From: an uncultured Spirochaetota bacterium
GTDB lineage: Bacteria; Spirochaetota; Spirochaetia; SZUA-6; Fen-1364
Reading direction: 5' to 3'
Assembly (NCBI GenBank): GCA_963845535.1
Contig: CAWJSK010000001.1
Location: forward strand, 64,001-128,000
Length of the DNA: 64,000 nt
The position numbers and the translations under genes are program-made. Positions 11,292 to 21,612 of this stretch are shown piece after piece. Under the pieces are notes generated by a model. The model ran no database searches and was not told where the DNA came from. It worked only from the letters and a program-made list of their open reading frames with translations. Every line of letters begins with the position of its first letter. The stretch's first letter is position 1.

Positions 11292-11585
11292 ATGCGCAGG
11301 GAGGACTACGTTTTCTGCATTGGATACGAAGGGAGCACGGCAATCGTGGACGGCAAACTGATGCGCAGGCATCGCTCCCACACCACCGGCCAGCTTGCTG
11401 AGGCGGGGCTTTTCAAGCAAGCCGTTTGCTCCGCGCTCTGGAGCGGAAGGCCGGAGGAGCTGGAGGAAGTTCTTTCTATTTTCAACCGCAAGACGGTGAC
11501 AGGCGCGCGGACGGCGGAGGAGCTCACGAGGATCTTCGGGACCTCGGGCGTGCCCGAGGGGGTGAAGAAGGTCACGGTAGTCTGA
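11292..11585 (+). CDS. Small hypothetical protein
   Basis: 97-aa ORF with ATG, protein-like composition, filling the groEL-MerR gap. Confidence 0.65.
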   Translation: MRREDYVFCIGYEGSTAIVDGKLMRRHRSHTTGQLAEAGLFKQAVCSALWSGRPEELEEVLSIFNRKTVTGARTAEELTRIFGTSGVPEGVKKVTVV

Positions 11586-11606
11586 GGCCGGCGCGAGGGG
11601 TGATGA

Positions 11607-12296
11607 GTGGAACCGAATGTCACGGCTGGCGTCCTGGGCGCGCTGACCCGTGAAGAGTTGATACGGCGCCTGCGGGTGACACCGGAGGAGCTCGAGCAGT
11701 GGACCAGCATCAACCTGATTGCCCCGCTTGACGGAAAAATGGACCTCTACCCTCCCTCGGCAATCGAGGAGGGGGAGCTCATCAAGAAGTTCTGCTCCCT
11801 CGGATATGCCCTGCCGGAAATTCAGAAAATCAAGCGCAGCGTCGGCCTGCCCGTCAGGGATGAAAAGGGGCATTACGTATCTCGTGCGGACTTTCTGACC
11901 ATCGGCGAGCTGGCGGAGAAATGCGGGATCAACGTCCGAACGATCAAGTTCTGGGAGGAGAAGGGGCTCATCTCTCCGCACAAGCGCACCGAGGGCGGTT
12001 TTCGGCTGTACCGTCCTTCGGAAGTGGTCCGTGTCTCCTTCATCAAGGACTTACAAGCGTTCAATTATACCCTCGCTGAGATCGGCAACATCCTGCAGCT
12101 TGCGGGTCCTGATCTGGGTGCAACCGATGCCGACCTTGAAGGGATGGCAGGCGCGGAAATAGAGAAGATGCAGGGGGCCCTCGAGTACCTCGTGGGCCGA
12201 ATGAGAGAAGTCCGCGATGCATCGTCGCGTGTGGAGCTTGTTTTTGCCCGGCGACTCAGGGCTGTTTCCCGCGCGGCGCGCCTGCGCAAGCGTTGA
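11607..12296 (+). CDS. MerR-family transcriptional regulator with two MerR-like HTH domains
   Basis: LTIGELAEKCGINVRTIKFWEEKGLI...RTEGGFRLY, plus a degenerate N-terminal copy. Confidence 0.88.
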   Translation: MEPNVTAGVLGALTREELIRRLRVTPEELEQWTSINLIAPLDGKMDLYPPSAIEEGELIKKFCSLGYALPEIQKIKRSVGLPVRDEKGHYVSRADFLTIGELAEKCGINVRTIKFWEEKGLISPHKRTEGGFRLYRPSEVVRVSFIKDLQAFNYTLAEIGNILQLAGPDLGATDADLEGMAGAEIEKMQGALEYLVGRMREVRDASSRVELVFARRLRAVSRAARLRKR

Positions 12297-12369
12297 CACG
12301 CTTGTTGACGCTCGCTCCGGCTTCATGGTATGTTTTCGCGGTTATTTATCTTCATCTTAAGGAAAGCAT

Positions 12370-12738
12370 ATGACAGGCATAATGGGTCTTTTTCCCCTCC
12401 TGTTGGGGACGCCGGAGGGCGGTTCCCCAGGTTCCAGCGGAGGCGGCGGAACGCAACTCGTCACGATGCTGGTCACCTTCGGGTTGATCATCGTCGTGTT
12501 CTACTTCCTCGTGATCCGTCCCCAGAACCGAAAGCAGAAAGACGCGAAGAGGATGCTGGAAAGCGTCCGCAAGGGGGACCGGGTGGTCACCGTCGGCGGC
12601 ATGCACGGCTTCGTGGAGTCGGTCAAGGATGATGCGGTTGTCCTCAAGGTTGATGACAACGTGAAGCTCAAGTTCAACAAGAGCGCCATCTCGCAGGTCC
12701 TCGAACGCCGCGACGATTCGGGAGACACCAAGGAGTAG
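12370..12738 (+). CDS. yajC: Preprotein translocase subunit YajC
   Basis: FYFLVIRPQ, KGDRVVTVGGMHG. Confidence 0.95.
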   Translation: MTGIMGLFPLLLGTPEGGSPGSSGGGGTQLVTMLVTFGLIIVVFYFLVIRPQNRKQKDAKRMLESVRKGDRVVTVGGMHGFVESVKDDAVVLKVDDNVKLKFNKSAISQVLERRDDSGDTKE

Positions 12739-12746
12739 GTCATTTC

Positions 12747-14477
12747 ATGAAGAAGCGGTATCGGTTGCTCATCACGATCGTGCTTGTCGCGGTCGGTTTT
12801 TATTTTCTCTGGCCTTCGATCAAATGGTATTTCCTCACGCCGCAGGCGGACAAGGACATAGCGGAAAGCTCACGCAACCAGATCAAGGTCTACGCGCAGG
12901 AAAGGGCTGATGAAGTGATCAAGGCCCTCGTAGCCGCTGGGGACCAGGCCCCGTTGCCGAAGGAGTACTCGTACCTCATCCCCAAGGCAATCAAGCGCTA
13001 CGTCACGGCCAAGCACGCCTCGCCTGCCACGTGGACGGTGCGTGACGTTTTGGCCGCGTACACGAGCCGTGAAGACCTTTCCGCGGACATCGAGGACTGG
13101 TACCGCTCGCAGATGTTCGCTCTCAAGGACCTGAAGACCCAGACAATGCAGCTCGGGCTCGACCTTCGCGGCGGGATGTACGTCACCATTCGGGCGGACT
13201 TTGCCGCCCTGGAGGCCACCTCCGGGACGAAGCTGACCGACGCCCAGAAAGATGACAAGATGAAGACCACGCTGGAGGTCTTGCGGAACAAGATCGACCA
13301 GTTCGGGCTCACCGACCCGTCCATCAGGCGCCAGGGCTCTGACAATATCATCATCGAAATCCCCGGCACCTCGGACCCTGAGACGGTTCGCCGCTTCATC
13401 ATGGGCAAAGGTCTCCTCACGTTCCACATCGCGGATACTGACGCGCTTCAAAAGGTGAAGGAATATCAGGCGGCTCACCCGGGCGTGCTCCTGGACGCCG
13501 CGGGCAACGTCAAGGACACCGGAGTGCTTTCCGTCATCCCCGCCGGTGACGTCCTGCGCGGGGTGTTCCAGAAAGATTCCTACGGCCTGGACGAGCTGAA
13601 AGGGTTCACCGTCCTGCACCAGGAAGTCGGCCTGAACGGCACCGAGATCAAGGATGCCCAGGTGGGGCGTGACCCGGTCACCGGAGAGCCCACGGTCAAC
13701 TTCATCCTTACCGGGGCGGGCGGAGAGACGTTCTACAAGCTGACCTCCGCGAACGTCGGGAAAGTCCTGGCGGTCGCGCTGGACAACAAGGTCAAAGCGC
13801 AGGCAACCATCCAGGAGCCCATCCGGGACCAGGTGCGCGTAAGCGGCTTCAAGCTCGATGAGGCGCAGGACCTCGCCCTCGTGCTGAGGACAGGATCACT
13901 GCCCGTACCTCTTGAGATCACCAGCCAGCAGGCAATCGGGGCGTCCCTGGGGCAGGATGCAATCAGCCAGGGGATCAAGGCCAGCGCCCTCGGACTGGCC
14001 CTCGTCTTCATTTTCATGCTCGCGTATTACCGCAGGGCAGGCATGAACGCCGTGCTGGCGAACATCCTGAACCTGTATTTCATCGTGGCCATCCTTTCCG
14101 TATTCAACTTCACGCTGACCCTTGCGGCAATTGCCGGCCTCGTGCTGAACGTCGGCATGGCCGTGGATGCAAGCGTCCTGATCTTCGAGAGGATGAAGGA
14201 AGAAATGCGGCTGGGCAAATCCACCCAGGCGGTCGTAAAAGCGGGATTCGAGCGCGCGTTCCTCGCAATCGCTGACTCGAACATAACGACCATCATCGCG
14301 GCCCTCGTCCTGACCCAGCTTGCAAAAGGCTCCATCCAGGGCTTCGCGGTCACTCTGACAGTTGGAAACCTCGCAACTCTCTTCTCCGCGGTATTTGTTT
14401 CCCGTCTGATCTTTGACTTCAACGTCGAAGTGCTCAAGGTGAAGAAGATCCCGGTTTCCTGGAGACGACTTGCATGA
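12747..14477 (+). CDS. secD: Protein translocase subunit SecD
   Basis: LGLDLRGG, LRTGSLP, GMAVDASVLIFER, DSNITT. Confidence 0.96.
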   Translation: MKKRYRLLITIVLVAVGFYFLWPSIKWYFLTPQADKDIAESSRNQIKVYAQERADEVIKALVAAGDQAPLPKEYSYLIPKAIKRYVTAKHASPATWTVRDVLAAYTSREDLSADIEDWYRSQMFALKDLKTQTMQLGLDLRGGMYVTIRADFAALEATSGTKLTDAQKDDKMKTTLEVLRNKIDQFGLTDPSIRRQGSDNIIIEIPGTSDPETVRRFIMGKGLLTFHIADTDALQKVKEYQAAHPGVLLDAAGNVKDTGVLSVIPAGDVLRGVFQKDSYGLDELKGFTVLHQEVGLNGTEIKDAQVGRDPVTGEPTVNFILTGAGGETFYKLTSANVGKVLAVALDNKVKAQATIQEPIRDQVRVSGFKLDEAQDLALVLRTGSLPVPLEITSQQAIGASLGQDAISQGIKASALGLALVFIFMLAYYRRAGMNAVLANILNLYFIVAILSVFNFTLTLAAIAGLVLNVGMAVDASVLIFERMKEEMRLGKSTQAVVKAGFERAFLAIADSNITTIIAALVLTQLAKGSIQGFAVTLTVGNLATLFSAVFVSRLIFDFNVEVLKVKKIPVSWRRLA

Positions 14478-16021
14478 AGAGAGTCATCCAGTTCTCAAAG
14501 GCCCGATTCTTCTTCTTCGGGTTTTCCGCGCTGCTGATCCTGGTCGGAATCGGCGGATACATCATCCATGGCGGGTTCAATCTCGGGGTTGATTTCAAGG
14601 CGGGTATCGAGCTCCAGTTCCAGATTGCCCCCGCAAGTTTCTCCATCCAGTACGCGGGGCCCGACAAAGCGGAGATTTCAATCCCTGCGGGTGAACAGGC
14701 CCTGACATCCGCCGGCAATATCATCATCACCATCACCAGCGCCAAAGACGGCACCTCCACGGCGTATCCGTTCCGCTACACGGATTACCCAACCGTGAAG
14801 GCATTGACCGACGCGGTTGCAAAGGTCCCCGGCATTTCCGTCCAGCCGAAGGGGAACATGGATGAGGTGCCCACCCAGCTCGTCCCGTTGCCGCGGCCCG
14901 CTGACGTCACAGACAAGGGATACACCATCAATCTGAGCCCGGGGCCCGGCCGCGGAGTCCAGACGACCCTTCCAGACGTTCGCACCACGCTTGCTCCGCT
15001 GGGCCAGTTCGAAATGCAGCAGGTGGGCGCGCCGGTCAGCCAGGAGTACATGGTCAGGGTGGAGGCCAAGACTGAAGACCAGAGCTTCCAGACCAACACG
15101 GAAGCCAAGGTGCTGGAGCTCCTCGGGGCAAAGTACGGCCCTGACCAGATCATTCTCTTGAGCAGCAATTTCGTCGGACCGCGGCTTGCGCAAGGCCTTG
15201 TCACCCAGACCCTCTGGCTGGTGCTCATTGCGGTCCTCCTGATCCTCGCCTACATGATGTTCCGCTTCCACCCGCCCATTTATGCGATTGCGGCGGTCAT
15301 TGGCATCTGTCATGACGCGCTCGTGATGATCGGATTCGACGCAGTCTTCCGCGTCCAGGTGGATGCAGCCACAATCGCCGCAATCCTGACCATCCTGGGG
15401 TACTCGATCAATGACACCATTGTCATCTTCGACCGGGTGCGGGAGAACAAGAACCTCATGCGCGGGACGGCCTTGAGGACCATCCTCGACACGAGCGTCA
15501 CGCAGACCTTGAGCCGGACGTTCATCACCTCAGGGGCAACGCTGCTCACCGTCATCGCGCTGTTCATTCTCACCAGCGGTTCCATCAAGAACTTCGCCCT
15601 GAACATGATCATAGGTATCCTTGAAGGGACCTATTCGACGTTCATTTCCTCCTTCATTGTCCTGGAGTGGACGAAGATGAGTGATCGGCGGCACAAGAGA
15701 CTGGAGATGGAGAAGTACGGTGTGACGGAGCACCAGGCCAGGCTCACGCCTGTCCTCGCTGAGGGAGCGTTCGTTGACGCGCAAGAAGAGCCGGAGCAGG
15801 AAGAGGAGGCAGCGGTGACCAGTGTGCAGAGCGCGCCGCAACCGGTGGGCGTTTCGCAGCCCGTGTCGGGGGCCTCTGCTGATGCGGCGGTCCAGGCCGC
15901 TCCAGGTCCGTCGCCGTCCTCCCAGGGCCAGGCGGTGGCGCAGCATGCTGGAGTGGCTCCGTCACTGTTCGGACACTCGGGTTCCCGCAAGAACAAGAAG
16001 CACAAGAGGCGGCACCACTAG
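14474..16021 (+). CDS. secF: Protein translocase subunit SecF with a long C-terminal tail
   Basis: LGVDFKAG, HDAL, GYSINDTIVIFDRVRE, TLSRT. Confidence 0.95.
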   Translation: MKRVIQFSKARFFFFGFSALLILVGIGGYIIHGGFNLGVDFKAGIELQFQIAPASFSIQYAGPDKAEISIPAGEQALTSAGNIIITITSAKDGTSTAYPFRYTDYPTVKALTDAVAKVPGISVQPKGNMDEVPTQLVPLPRPADVTDKGYTINLSPGPGRGVQTTLPDVRTTLAPLGQFEMQQVGAPVSQEYMVRVEAKTEDQSFQTNTEAKVLELLGAKYGPDQIILLSSNFVGPRLAQGLVTQTLWLVLIAVLLILAYMMFRFHPPIYAIAAVIGICHDALVMIGFDAVFRVQVDAATIAAILTILGYSINDTIVIFDRVRENKNLMRGTALRTILDTSVTQTLSRTFITSGATLLTVIALFILTSGSIKNFALNMIIGILEGTYSTFISSFIVLEWTKMSDRRHKRLEMEKYGVTEHQARLTPVLAEGAFVDAQEEPEQEEEAAVTSVQSAPQPVGVSQPVSGASADAAVQAAPGPSPSSQGQAVAQHAGVAPSLFGHSGSRKNKKHKRRHH

Positions 16022-16107
16022 GCTGGGAAAGGCGCGTCGGGCTGATGGCACGTCTGATCCGGATGTACATGTCCACCGGAGATCGCGCTTCGCGCGATGC
16101 GGCACTT

Positions 16108-16766
16108 GTGAAGCTCCTCTGCCTCTCTGACATCCACGGGGAAGGAGCTGCCTTGAGGGAAATCCTGCCAGGCGCCGCGGAGGGAGTAGACGCCGTGGTG
16201 CTGGCGGGGGATCTCACGCATCTGGGCGGGTACAAGGAAGCGGAGGCCCTTCTGGCTCCGCTTTTTTCTATTGGCCTTCCCCTCCTCGCCGTTGCCGGAA
16301 ACATGGAATATGAAGGGGTGCGCCGCTACATCGGTGAAAAGGAGATCGACATCCACGGCAGGGGTGTCGAGCTGAACGGAGTGGGCTTCATGGGGCTTGG
16401 CGGTGGAACCCCATCCCCATTCCACTCCCCTGGGAGCTCACGGACGAAGAAGCGCGGCCTCTCCTGGCAGCAGGGCTTGCCGCAATTGCCGGGGCGCCCT
16501 TCAAGGTGCTCGTGTCTCACGCGCCGCCGCGCGGAACAAAGTTGGACCGCATCTTCGCCGGCGCGCATGCGGGGTCCGGCGCGGTACGGGAGCTCATTGA
16601 AAGTGACGCTGTGAACGTGTGCCTGTGCGGCCACATCCATGAGGCCGCCGGAGAAGAGAGAATTGGCGAAACGCTGTGCGTGAATCTTGGACCGTTCAAG
16701 AACGGGAGATATGCCATTGTTGCCATCGAGAATGGTAGTGCTCGAGTAGATTGGAGGAAAAGATGA
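16108..16766 (+). CDS. Calcineurin-like metallophosphoesterase, frameshift near 16430
   Basis: SDIHG, AGDLT and GNME in one frame; SHAPP and CGHIHE in the next. Confidence 0.85.
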
Positions 16767-18746
16767 ACCTGACGGCTCTTAGCGCTGTCGCGAACACGGT
16801 GCGTTCCCTGAGCATTGACGCCGTTGAGAAGGCCAAGTCCGGTCACCCCGGTCTTCCCATGGGGTGCGCTGAGCTGGGCGCCCTGCTGTACGGAGAGCTG
16901 CTTTCCCACTGGCCGCAGGACCCGCAGTGGATCAACAGGGACCGCTTTGTCCTGTCCGCGGGGCACGGGTGCATGCTCCTGTATTCGCTTCTGCACCTTT
17001 CAGGGTACGACCTGAGCCTGGATGACATCCGAGGCTTCCGCTCCCTCGGCTCCCGGACCCCCGGCCATCCCGAATGGGGACATGACCCCTGGCGTGGAGG
17101 CCACGGCTGGTCCGCTGGGACAGGGACTTTCAAACGCGGTCGGCATGGCCATCGCGGAACGCATCCTTGCGGCGAAGTTCAATACCTCCAGCAGGACCGT
17201 CATTGACCACTACACCTACGTCCTGGCAAGTGACGGCGACATGATGGAAGGGGTGGCTTCGGAGGCGGCCTCCATCGCAGGACACCTGAAGCTCGGGAAG
17301 CTCATTGTGTTCTATGACTCCAACCAGATCACGATAGAGGGCTCCACGACCCTGGCGTTCTCGGAGGACGTGCTCAAGCGGTACGAGGGCTACGGCTGGC
17401 GGACTTTGCACGGTGACATGTACGACATGCCCGCCACCGCGGAGATGGTGGCGCAGGCCAAGAAAGCGGGGGAAAGGCCGACGATCATCCGCTTGCAGTC
17501 CATCATCGGAAAAGGAGCGCCGAAGAAGGCGGGGACTGCAAAGGCGCACGGTGAGGCGCTGGGACCTGAGGAGGCGGCCGCCGCCAAGAAGGCAATCGGC
17601 GTGCCGGACGGGTGCCAGTTCTACGTCTTCCCCGAGGCGGAGGCGTACTTCAAAGCCCGACAACCTGCATGGAAATCCCGCTATGAGGAATGGAAAAAGA
17701 CTTTCGAGGCATGGAGAAAAGAGAACCCGGACAAGGCAAAGGAGTGGACGCGGTATTTTGAGGACGGCAAGGCGGACTTGAGCGCGGTCACCCTGCCGTC
17801 GTTCAAAATTGGAGATTCGCTTGCCACCCGTGCCGCAGGAGGCCAGGTTCTGAACGCAATTGCGCAGGCTGTTCCCAACCTCATTGGCGGGTCAGCGGAC
17901 CTTGCCCCGTCCAACAGCACAAACCTCAAGGACATGGGGGACTTCAGCGCGTCGAACCCCCTTGGACGCAATTTCCACTTCGGCATCCGCGAGCACGGGA
18001 TGGGCGGAATCTGCAACGGGATAGCGTACCACGGCGGCCTGCGGCCTTTCTGCGCAACGTTCCTCGTTTTCTCGGACTACATGCGGCCGTCCGTGCGCCT
18101 CGCGGCAATTGCCAAGCTGCCGGTGATCTACGTGTTCACGCATGACTCGGTTTTCGTCGGCGAAGACGGCCCCACGCATGAGCCGGTGGAGCACCTGGCG
18201 GCGCTCCGAGCCATCCCGAACCTGTTCGTCCTGAGGCCGGGTGACGCGGAGGAGACGGAGCTTGCCTGGAGAATTGCCTACGAGAGGCATGACGGGCCCA
18301 CGGCGCTTGCGTTGACGCGGCAAGGGATTACCGTTTATCCGAAGGCGGACAGCGCGTGGCGGACCACCATCCGCAAGGGCGCCTACGTCGCAAAGGACTG
18401 TGACGGCGCTCCCGACGTTGTGATCATTGCCACGGGATCCGAAGTGTCGGTGGCAATTGCCGCCGCGGCGGAGCTGACGGAGCGCAAGGTGCGCGTGGTC
18501 TCCATGCTTTCACGCGAGCTCTTCCTCAAGCAGCCCGCGGACTTCCGCCACGCCCTGGTGCCGCCGGCCGTCCGCAAGGTGACTTTCGAGGCAGGCGTTT
18601 CGTTTGGATGGAAGGGCCCCTTTGATGATGACTCGGTGGTCACGGTTTCCATTGACCGCTTCGGCGAATCAGGCCAGTATCAGAAGATTGCGGAGCACCT
18701 GGGGATCACCGCTGCCGCGCTCGTGAAGCGGATCAGGGAGCTGTAG
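16763..18746 (+). CDS. tkt: Transketolase, frameshift near 17080
   Basis: [37 protein letters not shown]. Confidence 0.95.
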
Positions 18747-18761
18747 CAGGCGGCCTCCGGG

Positions 18762-19638
18762 GTGATCATTCATCTGGTTGACGGCACCTATGAGCTCTTC
18801 CGCTGCTTCTACGGGCTGAAGCGCTCCACGAAGCCGGATGACGGAATGGGCGCCGTCCGCCTGGTCCTGAACACTCTGCTTGAAATGGTGGAGAACGGAG
18901 CCACGCATCTCGGCGTGGCCACTGACCACGTCATAGAGTCCTTTCGCAACACAATGTGGCCGGGGTACAAGACCGGCAGCGGCGTGGACCCCGCCCTCCT
19001 TGCGCAGTTCCATCCCCTGGAGGATGCGCTTGGGGCATTCGGGTTCATCGTGTGGCCCATGGTGGAGCTCGAGGCGGATGACGCCCTGGCTTCAGCCGCA
19101 GCCGCGGCAGACGCGGACCCCTCGGTGGAGAAAGTCAGCATCTGGACTCCGGACAAAGACCTCGCCCAGTGCGTGGTTGGAGACCGGGTGGTGCAAGTGG
19201 ACAGGCGGAGCGGGCAGATCCGCAACGCGGATGCGGTCCTGGCGAAGTTCGGCGTTCACCCGCGCTCCATTCCAGATTACCTTGCCCTTGTCGGTGACAG
19301 CGCGGACGGCTACCCGGGGATACCGGGCTGGGGGCCGAAGTCCGCGGCAGCGTTGCTTTCCCGTTACGCCAGCCTGGACGGAGGTTCCCATCACTGACCC
19401 GCAGTGGCGGCCCAACGCGGCAAACGCGGGAGGGCTGGCGCACAACCTGCGCTCCAACTGGGATCACGCCTTGTTGTTTCGGGATCTTGCGACGTTGAGA
19501 AAGGACGCCCCTGTTTTCCGCTCGGTCGAGGAGCTTCGTTGGAAAGGACCTCGGCCTGAAGCGAAGCCCCTGGCGCAGCGGATCAACGCCGGCTCTCTCC
19601 TGGAACGGGCAGAGCGGCTGGCGCAGCGCCTTGCCTGA
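18762..19638 (+). CDS. Stand-alone 5'-3' exonuclease/flap endonuclease, frameshift near 19380
   Basis: HLVDGT, EADD, DKDLAQ, ALVGDSADGYPGIPGWGPKSA. Confidence 0.87.
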
Positions 19639-19711
19639 AAATCAGTATCTTTTCCTTGAGAGGCTTGCGCGCTCATGGAAACGGAGATACCCGAACTGCG
19701 CAGGCGGCTGA

Positions 19712-21098
19712 TCATTTCGGCGCGCGGCCTTTGGCAGCCTTTCGCGGCCCGCGGCCTCGTCCCCTGCCCCGGCTGCCGGCCGTCTTCGACCCCGCCTTGC
19801 GTTGCACAAGGCGTATCTCGAGGCGCGTGCTCGCAACTTCGCGCAAGCGCCGCATGCCTTCGGATTCGTCAATACGCCGGGTGATGGCTTCCCCTCCCTC
19901 CACCACGGCGTCCCTGAACTTGCGCAGCGCCTCCGCCATGGTGACCTTTTTCTTCGGTTTCCTGTTTTTCACGAGGCTGTAGAGGAACCTGCAGATCTCC
20001 TCCGCCCCGGCGTGCAGCTTCAGCTTATTGATGTTGCGCTGGTACTCGGAAATGATGTCGGGCCTGATCAGCGAGCTTCGCGAGGCGCGTGGCAAGCTGA
20101 CTTGGCGTGCGCGTGAGCCATCCGACCCGGTTGCCGATGACCCAGTTCGTGGTCTCCTTCTCATTCGCGAGGAAGCTCGAGATGATGAGGGGCCTGCCTT
20201 GGACGAGGGTCTCGAACACCTGGTTGGGCCCGGATTTTCCCACCACGACGTCCGCAGCGGCAATGAAGTCCGCAAGGTTGTTCACGTATCCCTGGACCGC
20301 AATGCGCACGGGGCCTGTCGGGCCCGCCGCAAGAACCTCCAGGTCCCTCAGCAGCCGCACGTTCTTTCCGCAGACCACGACCACCTGGAGGGAGAGCTTC
20401 CGCTCGATGAGAATTGCTATGTACTTCTTGACGGGCCCCACCCCTTCGGCTCCGAAAAAGAAAAGAGCCGTGAAGGGTTTCGTCTCGAGCTTGAGCCTTC
20501 GTCTGAGTGTCGCCTTGCTTTCCTTTCGGCGGGCGAAGGACGGTTTGATGGGGAACTGGAACTCCTTCAGCCTGCTCGCCAGAATCCCTTTCTGGGCAAT
20601 CTCCTCACGCGATTTTCGGGAGAACACGAGGCTCCAGTCGAAGTTGGGCGAAAACCAGATGTAGTGCGAATCGAAAGGTTCGGGGTTCAGCACCACCGCG
20701 ATGGCATCGAGCTGGCCAACCGTCTTGAGGAGCTCCAGGTAGTGCGTGAAAGTGAAATAGGTGGAGACGACAAGATCCGGCTTCTCATGCTCCAGGTACT
20801 GGACGAAACGCGGAAGGATGGTGATCCCCAGGATCCGGTCGATGATCTTGACCATGAACGGGTTGTCAGCGCCGCGGTAGAACGCGTTGATGAGCGGGGG
20901 ATAGCGCAGCGCGCTGTTCCAGTAGAATCGATATATGTAGCGGAGAAAATTGGCTCCCAAAGCCAGCCCAAGGTTCACAACGTGGACTTCGAGGTCCTTG
21001 TACCCCAGGAGGTCGAACTGCTCTTTTATCGCCATGGCCGGGGCGATATGCCCGCCCCCGATGTCAATGGTGTACAGATCGATACGCTTCATCGCCAT
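19712..21098 (-). CDS. MGDG synthase/UgtP-like diacylglycerol glycosyltransferase (GT28), frameshift near 20068
   Basis: GGGHIAPA, VVCGKN, ADVVVGKSGP. Confidence 0.82.
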
Positions 21099-21233
21099 GC
21101 GGCCAAAAGCTTAGCCCCCGTGCCGAAAACATGTCAACGTTCAATTTGGAAGCATAGGCGGCCGATGCGCTACGCCTCTCTTGCCGCCGGCCTCCTGCGC
21201 TCGGACTTCCCTGTCCCCTCCTTGTCCGCTCAC

Positions 21234-21262
21234 TTGACGAGGGGACGCTTTTTCCCGATAGT
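21234..21262 (+). promoter_or_regulatory. Putative sigma70 promoter of the thrS leader
   Basis: TTGACG, 17 bp, GATAGT immediately before T-box stem I. Confidence 0.55.
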
Positions 21263-21269
21263 ATCGAAA

Positions 21270-21600
21270 AGGCTTTGACGGAGACGAGTAAGCGGAAGCT
21301 CCGGTCGGCAGAGAGGGCGCCCTATGGCTGAAAGGCGCTTGGCCGTCTGCTGCTGAAAACCCCTCCCGAGCCGCGTTCCCAAAGACCCGGGTAGCCGGGC
21401 TCGAGTAGGATCCGCCGGATGACCCCGTGAAAGGTCGAAGAGAGGCCCGCGCTTCCATAGCGCAGTTTTGCAGCGTTATGACAGCGCCGGCAATCAAGGT
21501 GGAACCGCGGAGAGCCCCTTGCGGCTTTTCGTCCTTGGCGACGCGGACGGATGTCCACGCCAGACTATGGACGAGGCAGCCGTGAGGGGCTTCGTTTTTT
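21270..21600 (+). promoter_or_regulatory. T-box riboswitch (Thr), transcriptional
   Basis: AGTA, AGAGAG and GCTGAA stem I motifs; ACC specifier about 21359-21361; T-box AGGTGGAACCGCG 21497-21509; terminator GAGCCCCTTGCGGCT...AGCCGTGAGGGGCTTC followed by T6. Confidence 0.92.
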
Positions 21601-21612
21601 CGGAGGCAGAGC

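Noticed and set aside
17070..17090. Programmed frameshifting in tkt and the other split genes
   Set aside because: No shared slippery sequence or stimulatory structure; sequencing error is simpler
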